A stretch of 64,000 nucleotides of DNA from Lytechinus pictus (Eukaryota), in contig NC_087250.1 in NCBI RefSeq assembly GCF_037042905.1, positions 23,314,001-23,378,000 of the forward strand, read 5' to 3'. Positions 41,812 to 54,854 of the stretch are shown here, one piece after another; within the stretch, counting starts at the first letter, position 1, and each line of letters starts with the position of its first letter. The notes under the pieces are model-generated. The model was not told where the DNA came from, did not search any database, and saw nothing but the letters and a program-made list of their open reading frames with translations. The position numbers and the translations under genes are program-made.

Positions 41812-42882
41812 TAATAGTAAGCATTGCATGAAATCATTAACAGCGATTCAACCGTAGAGATCAGATGACAGGATTAATTCCTAGAATGTAACGAGCATCG
41901 GAATTAAGTGGCAGATGGTGTCAGCCTTTAATAGAAACAAATCATAACAGAAGAAAAATGTAAAAGAATAAATGAACCCTAATTCTCGATCAGATTTCTC
42001 TTTACATTCTACAGGCCCGCCTCAGCAAAGCCAGCGAATATTAAACATATTTTTTGACAGTTTCCGAGACTCTTCACCACCTTAACATTCAGATCCTATC
42101 TACCCACGCCCCCAGACGGCAGACGATAAATCAAAATCGTGACCGATATTCATCACTTTTTTTTAGAAACACACCATGAAAAGAATGAGCGTGTGGTGTT
42201 GGGAGCAATTTGTCAACACGCTAGATCTCTATCTGTGCTCGTTCAATCATAAAGTATGAAAGATTGGTTGAAAAGGTAAAAATAATATGCTCAAAACCAG
42301 AAGTAATGTAAAGGAACTTTTGTCTTATTCTTGCAGTCAAATATTTCTTTTAGAAGACATATTCTCAGAGCAACTGGTGTGATATTTATTGAGTTCGGAC
42401 AATGAGAACATTCTTATCAACTTTATAAATCTTCCCCAAAGATCTTTAGAAATTGTATTCATAATATAAACTTAGTTTGGCATGGCAAAATAACTGGTAC
42501 AGGGATTCAAAAGTTTGAAAAGAAGTTTCTTCAAAAGACTGACAAATATCAAATGAATCTGAAATATTTCTAAGAACCAAAAATTTGCTTACTACCGCTT
42601 AATGTCAGTATTTGCTGGCTTCCTTTTGAAAATAATGATACGATGCATATCTTGATATAATTTTGTATGACAAAAATATCTTTATACTCCTCACAAGATT
42701 AACTTAATCCTCACCCCAGAGGCTGCAAGGGCAAGGATTATCTTCTATTCTTCATATTCTATCCAAAGATATAATCTCAGAGGCAATAAGTAATTTCAAA
42801 GTTCTCATCAGATGAGGGGCCGTCTATTGAGAAGAGGGGCCGGAGGTGGCTGGGTTTGCCCCCCCCCCCCTCTCTCTCTTAA

Positions 42883-43301
42883 GGTAAATTGCCAATTCGT
42901 CTACTGCCAACTCGTCCACTCACCACATAGTCTACTTTCATTTGGTCTAATGCCATTCCGTCCATCAACATTTCATCTAACAACCATTTCATCCAATAAC
43001 CATTTGGTCCAATCATCACTTCGTCTAATCACCATTTCATCTACGACCATTTCGTCTCATCACCAGTTGGTCTAATATCCATTTCATTTTCATTCATCCT
43101 GCACATTTAACACTTAGTCCAATTAGACCAAATGGTATATGGACTAAATGGCTATTGGACCAACTGGTTATTAGACCAAACGGTGAGTGGACGAATTTGT
43201 AATTAGACCATGTGGATAGTGGACGAACCAAAGGTAGACCAAATGATAGTAGACGAGTTGGCAATTGGACGAAGTGGCATTAGACGAATTGGAAATGAAC
43301 C
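42883..43301. mobile_element. Foldback-type element built of ~15-16-bp subrepeats
   Basis: The left arm repeats cca.ttcgtcta and the right arm repeats tagacgaa.tgg. Flanks are ctctctcttaa / ctctctcttga, a possible 11-bp TSD with one mismatch. Confidence 0.8.
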
Positions 43302-43514
43302 CTCTCTCTTGAGGTACACAGTTGATAACTTTATGTGATGGAGTATGAACCGTTTAAGTGTGTTTTTACAAGTAATTTAACACAAAGACACATACATGTA
43401 GATAGTGTTTCCTTTCAGGGCCAACCCCATTCAACACAAAAGTTTTAAAACCTACCCATATTCAACTTGGAGGGAGGATGGGTGACACACTTGTTGAACG
43501 CATTACACATAAGA

Positions 43515-43713
43515 GGTTCTATAACATTTCCTCTGGCGACAATTGCTCCGCTATCAATTCCATGTACTAATCAAATGACTAACTTCAACCTAGGATGTAA
43601 CATTATACCCTACCCTAACCCTAAACCTAACATAAAACCCTATTACAACGCCAACTCTACATCTTAGACGACATAAAGCCATAAGTTGTCCCAGGAGAAA
43701 ATGTTGCGTCACC
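43515..43713 (-). mobile_element. ~200-bp MITE-like element with internal telomere-like repeats, copy 1
   Basis: Reverse-complement homolog of 53269-53479; contains ccctaaccctaaacctaac. Confidence 0.7.
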
Positions 43714-44404
43714 TCATTACAATGCTTTGTTTGATCTGATGTTGCATGCACGAACTGATTGATGAGAATTTACTGAAGTTTTCGACCCTGATTCATGTTA
43801 CTCACAAAAGCTTTTACATATCACTGAACATGTGTAAACATTAATATCACTACAGAAGTTCACCGGAGTTACACACAAAGGATGTACCGGTATACAGTCC
43901 CATCTACTTATATCCATGTTCCTAAGCTCTCATTAAACCCTTCTTCTTCAATGCATATAAAGAAAGACCTGTCATTTCCATGTTGCATTGATATGATTAA
44001 TATGGAAATCATTTTTTATTCCAAAGCTTTCATGACAGGCTGCAAACAAGTGTTCTTTCAACATCTATCATATCGTTTTCCTTAACGTTTCTTGCCTCAT
44101 TCCATAAACCGACATAACATCCATCCATCATGTGAGATTATACAGGTGAAACGTGCCCTAGAAAATGGGAACATGCCTTTACATGTGTAATCTTTTGTTC
44201 CATTGTCAAGGCGGGGAAGGCGTCTCGTTTGTCACCGACCTCTGTTCCAAAGTTTCGACCCATGCGTTACCCCGGACATTTTCTCTGTTCCCCTCTGATA
44301 GTGTGCACTAGCCCTTATGACATGTAGAGGATAAGATTAGACTGTAGATCCCACGGACCTACTTTTTCATGGTGAATAATCTATCTTTGACAGTTTGCCA
44401 GTAA

Positions 44405-44582
44405 ACTGTAAAAAAAGCTGTTTATTCTCTCAAACATTACATAAAATTGTTGTTCTTTTTCAAAGTTTTCAAAAGTTTAACCAACTTGTTTTAAAATTTA
44501 AACTTGTTTGAAAACTTGAACAATAATTGTCAGGGTGACGACCTTTATAACACACTTAAAATTTATACAGCGTTTTACAGTG
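44405..44582. mobile_element. Degenerate copy of the EnSpm/CACTA-like element
   Basis: actgtaaaaaaagctg ... cagcgttttacagtg, similar to 28033-28279. A further fragment starts at ~47934. Confidence 0.6.
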
Positions 44583-47500
44583 TAATAGCCAAATGTGTCT
44601 ACATTTCTTTCTCTTTTTTTCGCTTTAATTCGATGAAAAATAATAAGGCCTACTTGTAATAATGGTGGGAAAATGAAATCAACTGTTAAATTCAGAACAA
44701 CATTAGATTCTAAACGATGAGAACTAGGTCATGGGTCATGAAATATGATGATAATGTGTAATCGTAAATCAACGATGATTGTTCTCTACACGATCTAACA
44801 TGCATTTAAACACGTAGCCCAATCCAAATATAAAATATCATAAAACATCATATTCTAAAAAAAACTATGTGTTCTTCTCCTCTTCTCTCATATGACACAA
44901 TTAAATAAAATATTGTTATTTTGATTAAAAAGAGTAAGCTACATTTTCCTTGGAATATTTGCAGGAAGCAAACGTTCATCCCTCCTTTCTTCAGTTTACA
45001 TAACTTCTATTATAAAAGAGAGAAAGAAATGTTAGTTCAGAAGAAAAATGTAATTGAAAAATAAATCATAAATCAAACAAAATTGTCTCTTTGAAACATA
45101 CAATATTTATATTCCTTTAACAAAAAATCAAGCATAAAACTTCCTGAATACTTATAACTTTCTGTCCGCAGTTCAAAAGGTAAAGTAATAACACTAGAGC
45201 AAGAAAGAATAATTCATCACAATTTCTTTGTCAAGACATACAACTTTCTCAAAAATATTGGCTAATGACAATGAACTGGAATTTCCAACCTCTTTGTCTG
45301 GGCATACTTAAACTCAATGTCCTGCGGTATTTTCCTTAAACCCTACAAAATATTTTCATAAATATGACAAGTTGACATTAGAATCGGAGAGGCAGTTCCG
45401 ACACGTCAACCGCTACAATAGTTGCAAAACGTGGAAAATAAGCAAAGTTACAAGTCAACGCCAAGAGCGCTAATTAGGAGGTGTGAAGGAATTGTACTTT
45501 TTAAGGAAACATTATTTCATAATGCCCTTTGAAAAAGGTGACAAGCGGAGGCCGGGATGCAATACACGTCATTTTGTTGCAATTTATTTCAAATTGCTGA
45601 TTATTCTGTCTGATGGATTCATATGAATAAGTTGTATGTGCAATTCTGTGATCTTAAATATACCACCTTTTCAATGGAATATAAAACACCATCATTCAGT
45701 AAACCATCATATTTAGCCTAACACTGAAACCTGAAGGAAAAAAATTGGGGAGGGGAACTCATGGGGTAAAATACTGGCATTTTCTCTTATTCATAAGATT
45801 GCACTTTAGATTTGAGGAGCAATTCATGAAAATTGTACTATTGATGTTTTTTATGAAATTCTCAATTATCTTTGAATATCAAAGGAACAATTTTCATTGG
45901 TTGCAGACTTGCAGGTCAGCAGACCAAGACATCAATGTACAGATTTCCTACAGTGTATTATGAAAATACACTCTAAGGTGTTAAAATCCACCATGGAGTT
46001 TCGCATAACACCAAATAGTGGTATAATATCAATGTGGTGTAATTACACCAATGGGTGTTGAACTAACACTGAATTTAACACTGGTTTTAAAAGGCTTGGT
46101 GTCATCCTCTGCACACATTGGTGTTCTGGTTTAACCATGGAGATACAGACACCGATCTCCATGGTTTAAGTACATGATTGTTTCGCTGTGTAGACACAAG
46201 GAATGGTAGATAGCAAATCTTGGGTGTCAGTTAAAAGAAGAATTCTTATTACAAATCAGCAAACATAGTCTTGACATATTTGACCAAGGCAACTTGATGA
46301 AGTTCACTAATTTGACCCACACTTCAACCGCAATCATATTTCCTTTTCTTTCACATCTTGCATGAAACTAACACACAATTCTGTTTGTAATAAATTTGGG
46401 TGTGTGGGATAATAATGAGATAGGAGAGGCCGAGCCCTATTGACAGTAAGTCAACATTATTCTTGTCAATGTCATTTCATAAATGGTGACAGTTTCAAAT
46501 CTTGGGCAAATTGTAAGTGATGAAAACTGAAAGGAATAACAATCGCCAGGCATGGAACGAGCAAACAATCTTGAAAGCTGTCCATTAGAAATGGGAATTT
46601 TCACACAAGTCAACAGTTAATCTATTTGTTGAAGACATCATGGCACTCTTGAACTTCATCCCTTCCACCTCTCCCAATGTCCTAAAGAATATTTTATCCC
46701 CCCCTCCAAAATCTTTCTGTTCAAACTGGTAATGGTATAATACATGAATGACCATTAATTGCCCCCTCTCTCTCTCTCTCTCTCTCATTCTATCACTCTA
46801 TCCCATACAGTCTCCACTCTCTCTCGACCTCTCTCCATCTCCCTTTCTCATCTTCTTCCAACCATCTCTTTCTTCCTTGTTTTCTTTCCACATTCCTCTT
46901 TTCTAGATCTCCACATTTCCCCTCCTCTGCAGTTTCTTCTTTCTTATCTACAGTTGTGCTCATAAGTTAGTGAACACCACCAGAAAATGCACCCCATCAT
47001 GCCGAATGTCGAATGTCGACAACAACCTTACAACGTTTGGCGAGCCCAAAGAAACAACTTTATATGAAGTTATATTTCATCACATGATTTCACAAGTAAA
47101 TATCTAAAACATGGCGAACTTGAACACCTCATATACTGGTGGAGTTCAATAACTTTCAAGCACCACTGTATACCCCCCCCCCCCTCCTCCTAACATCCCT
47201 CCCGTCTCCCTTCCTCCATGTTCCTTCCAAATTTTCTCTCTTTTATCCACTTGATCCCAGAGACATTAAACTGGAAGAAATAGGGTAATGAACATTTATC
47301 TCTCAATCATCCAATAGGCATGTTCCTCCTCTCTCTAACCACCTTCCTTAGCTATCAGTGCTTCCTTCCATCTCTCGATCTCTGTATCACCACTTCTTTC
47401 TTTCTCTCTCTCTCCCTTCTCTCCTTCTTCCCATTCTCGCATCTTATCTCACGTCCACATCCTCTTTCTTTTCCCCTTTTTCTTCCTGTCTCTCTTCCTT

Positions 47501-48390
47501 TCTCCCCTTCTCTTTTATTTCTCTCCCTTCTCTCCAACCTCTCTCCACCCCTTCTCCTATCTACATCCTTTCTCTCTTCACATACTCTTTCACTCTCTCT
47601 CTCTCTCATCCGCATCCTCTCCGATCCACTGCGGCTGCAAAAGGTAGGGTAACGAGCATCTCTTTGCCGGCAAAACTAGGTCACCCATAGGCATGTTATT
47701 CCTGAGCCTAACTCGTCTCCTAAATGTCTCCTTTTCCCCCATTATTTCTCCTTAATTTCATCTCTCCTGTATTCTTAACCCTTTCGATTTCATAGACATC
47801 TACCTAAAGGAAAGAAAGCACAATGTGCATTTATAATGTAATGGATGAGTTAATGATACAAAGCAGAACTTCCGTTTGTCTTGTGTTCATCCTTGTCCTA
47901 CCCATGTATAATCAATGCCCTAGCCCAATGCTACACAGTAAAAACGCTGTTTGAAATTTGTATACAACACTCTTTACAACTATATGAACCTTATGACAGT
48001 TGTTTAAACAGTTTATACAAGTGTAGATAATCTTAAACAACAGAGTTTAAAATTTAATACTTAATTCTCAATAAATTAAGCACGTTTAACCGTTAAAGAA
48101 ATACTGTAAGGTTCATTTTAGTAGCAAACAGCTCTTTGAACATGTAACCTGTACGCTGTGTTCTTTACCTTACAGTTTTATCCATTCTTTTATTGTTTGA
48201 TTATCTTCCCCTTCTCACTGTCATATGCATTATTTTAATTTAAAAAAAATATTGTTTATACCCTTAAATTTGAAAATATAAAGTTAAAGTTACAGGATAG
48301 TAATTTAAGAGGATGGTAGCTGAGGAAAAACGCAACAGTCCCTGTATGCAGCTGTGACTCAATCAGGACATCGGGGGGGGGGGGGGGGGG

Positions 48391-48525
48391 GGGGGGTGTT
48401 TCATGAAAAAAATGGTGAATTTTCACTGATAAATTTGCTCTGAGCCAATCAGATGCAAGGATTTCAGTAGCTTATAACAATATCCAGTGATCATCACTGA
48501 CTGTTTGTCTCATGAAATGCTCCCC
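48391..48525. mobile_element. Short MITE (agccaatcagatgc family), full-length copy
   Basis: ggggtgtttcatgaaa ... tctcatgaaatgctcccc inverted ends plus the conserved core. Confidence 0.75.
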
Positions 48526-50182
48526 TGGCTGGCTGTCAGTAGATGTGTTATCAAAATTGAACAATTGTTATCAATATAACATTAGGAAATGATACTGTAC
48601 ATAGGCAGCACGAAATAGGACCTAAAAACAGCAAGCTCCATGTACCCTCTCCACACAAAAATGCCGACAATCGATCAGCTAAATTAAAAATCAATGCTCC
48701 CTCACACCGAAATGCTTTTACCCATCAGATATAATGACAATTATTATTAAATCAATATGATTAAACATACTCCTCACACTGTAGGTCCATTTATCAAAAT
48801 ATTGATTCCTGTAGCCAACACTAACTTTAAAGAGCTCAATCGGGAATGTTTTCATGCCTATTCACTGATAAAAGCTCTGTAAAACAGTCTATTTTCACTT
48901 CAAAATACCCTTCCCGCAAGTTATACGGCTGCCTTGAAAAAATCTGTCCATCCAAGTTTTGGTTAATCTCTTTACCCAACACTATGGAAGGCACGATTTT
49001 AGCAAAGACCCATTGCGATGCTATTAAGAGATAAACGGTGAAGCACCGTGCATGTCTTTTGCGCACATAACGTTGTCCCCCAAGGACATTTACAATTGAG
49101 CCACGCATTGAGGAGGATATTTCTGTGATTGCACCCTTTCTACACCAATCCACATCGCTTTATATGTAATACAAGGTGTATTATAAGAAAACTCCTTCGA
49201 ATAGAGAAAACTACAATAATCATTATTACTAGCATTCCCTTTTTCTCACTTGATTCAGAGTTGGGTAATTTATACTCAAGGAAATGATTGAATTGTAATA
49301 ATACTGAATGTTTTTCTTCGTACATTTGTATGATATCTCGGACAATAGATGTAATAGATAGGCCTTATTGGTCGGTAGGGACAAGGCTAGTTTATTTTGA
49401 AACTATCACTTCCATTTAATGAAGTAGTCATAGTGTCGATCTACAGTAACCCAAGGGGAAAACATTATAGGGGGTGAAAGTGGTAATACTGCCCCAAAAT
49501 GTCTAAAGCCCTTAAAATTTGCAGTAAAACAGGCCCCTGTATAAGGTGGTATAGGGATCAGTAAAAATCTCCTTTGAATAAACAGAAATTTCAAAAAGTA
49601 TAGTGCTAGTACTTACACAAAATATATAATTTTATCCCAGCTGAAAACTTGCAAGAGAGACCCAAAAAGTTTAATCTCCAATGAAGAGATTTACGTAAAA
49701 CAAGAACCTATTTTTAAAGAATGTGCACTGTGTTAAGTTTGTGCTCTGTTGTCTAAGTTGTCTAATTTTGATCAAATTAATAGCAATAAATATGTATATT
49801 CCATTCTTATGCGACAACACTGTCCCCATGAATGTTAATATAGCAACCTTGTAGTTTTTATGAAATAGACTACCCAAATGGGGGATACACATTTCCATCT
49901 TATGGGGCAACATGGTCTGAAATTATATCTACTGAAACTGAAGTGACCACTGTCTAAGCATGAACAGGTAAATAAATTCAGTCAATTAGTAGTAATAGCT
50001 CAATAAATTGACATCTACATGTAGAAATCTTATTATCAGAACCTGCCATTCACTGAAGCATCTACAGCAGAATGTTTGTGCATTTTTCTTCTTTTAATAC
50101 TTTAACTGTTTAACTTTATTTGCTAGACACTCATTCATTCAGGGCACAAGCCCACCTCAGGGGATGCAATTATACATCATCA

Positions 50183-50314
50183 GGGCCCGGTATCACAAAA
50201 CTCAGTGATTGATTGTGGAGCTGACTTTTAAGATTAATCATACACAAAACCCAATGCAATCAATCGCAGAAATCCACCCAATGATCAATCACTATGCTTT
50301 ATGTTACTGGGTCC
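50183..50314. mobile_element. Short degenerate MITE
   Basis: gggcccggtatcacaaaactcagtgattgat ... atcaatcactatgctttatgttactgggtcc imperfect inverted ends. Confidence 0.55.
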
Positions 50315-53268
50315 TGACTTGCTACTACAACAAAGATAGCCTGGTACAATTACCCAATTGCCGAATCTCCTCATAAAAAAATTGCAACTTGCTACGCATT
50401 GTCGCCGTTGATCATTAAATACAAAAGTAATTTTCTTGTGCAATAAATTGACTGCTTAAGCGCCCATTCAAATCGGCAACCGCTTGAGTTGTATTGGTTT
50501 AAACCACAAATCTTAAAGAAATACCAAGTGGGCAATTGCTTGTGAGGAAATGAATCCATCCTTCAATTACACAACAAAAGTATTAAAGAAAACCCAACAA
50601 TTTGACTTTATGTCCCCCATGACATCCACAATTACACAGGTGCATACTACTACTGTATAGTAGCGAAGAGATTGACCCCAAATATTTGATACTTGTTTTG
50701 TGATTAATTGCACTGCAATAAAATGCGGTAATCTATTTTAAATTGTTAACTTTTGATAGGTATAGAGGATTAGCTGCTGCAGTTATTAATCATTGGGGTT
50801 TAGAATGCTGTATACAAATTGAGAAGGAAATGAAAGCACCTAACATGGATGTATACACATGGGGCTGCACAAAAAAAATTGTGGCAAGAAATTTTTTGCT
50901 TTGGATGATGAAATATCTATTCTCTATTAAAGGAAAGTATAGTTGTATAAAGAAGAGCTAAATAAATCACTTCCTTTGATTATTTCACCATTTCTTTCTG
51001 AGGTAATATTCAGAAGAAATAACTCTCAAAGTTTTTGTACATGTCTGTGAGATCAGTCGAAAGGAATTCAACTTCATTTAACTTTTTTTTTTTTTTTTTT
51101 TTTTTAGACGGAGCATCAATGGATGAAATCCAACCTTCTAACCTATCGGTCAAACCCCATTTTCCAATTTGGGAGGAACTCACTGGCCTGCCACCTATCT
51201 AAATTTTGCATCTTAAAAGGGGCGAGGGACTTCTCCGTTCTCCGTTTCTTTGGAGGGTAAACTGAGAAGGGGCGAATTAAACTCATCAAATTGGCCACAT
51301 GTCCAGGTGCTCGGCAACACTCCTGGGCTACCCCACCCAAAAATGTAAATTTCTCAAATTGGCAACCTCTAGGACCACTTTTTTAAAAGTACACTGTTTG
51401 AAATGAGCAGGAGAAATATATATTCTTTGTCTATTTTTTCCCATGCCAACTCGTTGCTTCAAACACGAACGTCATGCCTTGCACTTTCACAGGGGTGATG
51501 CATTACACTAAGTCATTTAATTTTGATGAATAGACCTAAATCCTGTTGGTAAAATACCCCTTTGGACTACAAAATATAATACCTATAGACCAATTCAATT
51601 GCACACAGAATGTGATGAAATTCTGCATTATATTCAAAGGGCAAGAGTTGATGCTAAATTGATGAAATTTGTCTGTCGTTTTGGTCAATTTCATTACACG
51701 CCAAATCAGTTTGAGTAAATGGCCTTGACTTTTGACCTCGTAAAAGTCTTTTTTTTTTGTTCAATCGATATATGAACCAAGCTAGGATGTTTCCACCAAA
51801 AATATTTGGAAGAATAGGATGAACAGTCTGTTATTTTAGCTTCAATCAACAGATTTGGGGGCGATTTTCGGTTCACTTCTCTCTACTAACGGTGCAAGGC
51901 CATGAACCGATTCGAGACACTACAGCACCAGGACGATTGGTAGTCTACACTCACAGACCTTTGGTTTTCGCAATTTACATAGAACATAATGTAGAGTCTG
52001 AAGTAGTGAGACTAGCTCCACTATGTACTGTGGCTGTCTCTTTTGTGATGCGGAAAGAGAGTTTGGCATCTAGTCTTCACTCTAGACATGGTATAGTTGG
52101 TTAAAATATCAAATATGAGTCTGTGCATGGAGACTAGGCAACTGATATACACAGAGGTGTAAACACCATTCCCTAAACCCCAACCCCTTTCTTGGCCTTT
52201 TTTTCTCTGACATTAAACCATTATAATGCATCATTACATGCTGAAATTGAAATGTGCCGGTCCATATATAATTTGCCCACTTTTTACAAGAACCACATTG
52301 TACTCCAGACAGCTTTCCACTGAATGCCCTTGAAAAGTAAGGTAAAGGTTTTGACAAAATAAATTGTTCTCACTAGTTATGAAATGCAAAACATTCATCA
52401 ATGATATTATCTTTGAAAGACTGAGAGTTACAGGCTATGTTCCTCCTTCGATTTATGTCATAATCTAATATCTTGTCATTATATAAAAGTCCCTATAATT
52501 GTAATGAAAATGTATGTGTTCTTCAAGCAATATACATATACAAAAAATTGTATTAGTGTAGAAAACTTGATCAGTAATTATGGACATGAATAGGTGAATA
52601 AACTATTTTTCTTTTACCTTACTCCTCTCCTTCAAGTCGGCCATTTTTAAATCGACCATCATGTTACAATCATTCATTGTCTTTTATGCTTTTCATAAAA
52701 AATTGCATTAGCTATTTAAATGTATAGCCTGTTTAATGTTTTTTACTATGTCATATATTGTGCCAATACAAACTTGTAAACATGAATTTTCCAGCATCGC
52801 CTGGTTATTTTTCTTCATATGTGACAAATATAAACATGCATGTTTGATTATCAATAAAGACCATTTTTTTAGTTGAATTGAATTGAAATAACTACATATT
52901 TTATTTGAAATACTTTTTTTTATTATTTTACTTGACCACATACAAAGAGTAACTTACCTATTAATTGGACGAGGATTTGGAAAAACAATGAAGTCACCAC
53001 ATGGAAAGAAACGAAAAGAAATAAGAAACAAATAAGGATATTTCATCTCCACATGAATATAATCATTAATTAACACTGAAAGTCACCAATCACAGGACAT
53101 GTATTTTATTTGGGCCTACATGGTAAAGTCCACTCTTATGTTGAGGTGGTTTATATGAATAGAGAAATACTAGAGGACAAAATGCTCAAAAGTGGCTGAT
53201 ATGATTAATCTTATCTATGGAAAGCCAATGACATCCCAACATCAACAATGCATTATGTCTGTTTTCTA

Positions 53269-53479
53269 GGTGACACGACGTTTGCTCCGGCGACAATTGC
53301 TCCCGGCTTTATTTCATCTAACATATAGGTTTAGGGTTGCAATCGGGTTTTATTTAAGATTTAAGGTTAGGTTTAGGGTTAGGGTATAGTGTTAAATCCA
53401 GGGTTGAAGCATTGGTCATTCGATTAATGTGTGGAATTCTCAGCGGAGCAATTGTCGCCAGAGCAAATGTCATGGAACC
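53269..53479 (+). mobile_element. ~210-bp MITE-like element with internal telomere-like repeats, copy 2
   Basis: Subterminal IR gacgtttgctccggcgacaattgctcc / ggagcaattgtcgccagagcaaatgtc, internal ttagggttaggg, ggt...acc termini. Confidence 0.75.
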
Positions 53480-53826
53480 ATTTTCTGAATATGATGAATA
53501 CTGCATGCATGTATCAATGTCACCATGAATTTTCAAAGGCATGTTGTGTACATTTCTTCCTCAAAGAATTATGACACTGAGGGATTCCATAGTTTGAGAT
53601 TGATCGAATCAGTCGCGACGCACCGTAAGACAGGACTCGGTTATCAGATATTTTTCAATCAAGTTGGGCACTGGGGCTGAATAAAAGGAGATTTGGTTTC
53701 AAGGTGTCAGGATCGAAAAACAAGAGATGATATGGGGAGGGATAGTCCAGCATGTTCAAACAAGCAGAATGAAACGTTTATTGAACCACTGTTGAGTTCA
53801 CGTAACCTCATCTCATCAGTTTGTGG

Positions 53827-54094
53827 GGGGGCGTGGTGGTCTAGTGGTTATGACTCATCTTTCCATCTGAGGGACGTGGGTTCGATTCCCAGCCATGGCA
53901 TGGTTTCCTTCAGCAAGAAATTTATTCACATTGTGCTGCACTCAACCCAGGTGAGGTGAATGGGTACCCAGTAGGAAGAAATACCTTGAATGCTTTAGCG
54001 CCTATATGGCAGCACAGCAAAAGCCGGGGCAATAATAGCAGCCCTTTGTATCTTCAGGCAAAAAGTGCTTAATAAATCCAGCTATTATTATTAT
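53827..54094 (+). mobile_element. tRNA-derived SINE, near full length
   Basis: Box A tggtctagtgg, box B ggttcgattccc, body ...gcactcaacccaggtgaggtgaatgggtacc..., tail aataaatccagctattattattat. Confidence 0.88.
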
Positions 54095-54854
54095 CTCATC
54101 CAAACATTGTGAAAACATTCTTTCTGGCCATAGACCTACTAGTACTAGATGGTCATTGATTCTGCCATTGCAACAAGATTTTTTTTTTATCACTGAACAC
54201 AATTCAACTTTCCATATTGAAAATTCAAAACAAACATTTTGTGAATTATGAACATCTACAAAACACTGATGATATAATGGCCTATCACTAAAAAGACAGT
54301 AGTGTGCTCTTTGACTTGTTCTTATCCCATGAGCAGTACACTTTAATGAAAATATTATTCTGACCATTTAAAACTCTAGGGGTCAATCTGGAGGTCATTT
54401 CATAAGGTGATATATCAGGTACCTGACTTTTGTCTATTACAAGCTCCTGAAAGTCAGACACCTTTATTGGCTGGAGGTACAGAATCAAGCACCCTTGGGC
54501 AAAAATCATTCCCAGCAGAGTTTGAGGGCAATAGGTACAACAGCTCCCCCTCTTGGGCTACTTTGGACAGTCTAGTACCTCCTATTACATAATAGCTCTT
54601 ACCCCTATGTCTGTCCCCCACAGGCAAACTATCTTGTCCCCAAACACAAAGAGCCTCTTATCGACCCCCTGTTACCCCCTTTGATACCGGCCTTGGGGTC
54701 ACAAAGATACCCGCCAGCAGACGAACAATACCCCTAAATTCCTGAATACTCAATAGTCATTGTTGTGCCCCCGTGCGGCCGGCCACCGTCACAATTCGAT
54801 ATGCTACTGATTTGACACAGATAGGAAGATTATGGTCCGCCCCAAAGACCAACA

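Noticed and set aside
52950..53000. Another minus-strand donor (AATAG|GTAAGT) as candidate ephrin exon 1
   Set aside because: No conserved Trp motif or credible signal peptide upstream.
53827..53900. tRNA gene
   Set aside because: Box A/B are present, but the sequence continues into the shared SINE body without a proper acceptor stem or terminator. The same holds for the 29417 copy.
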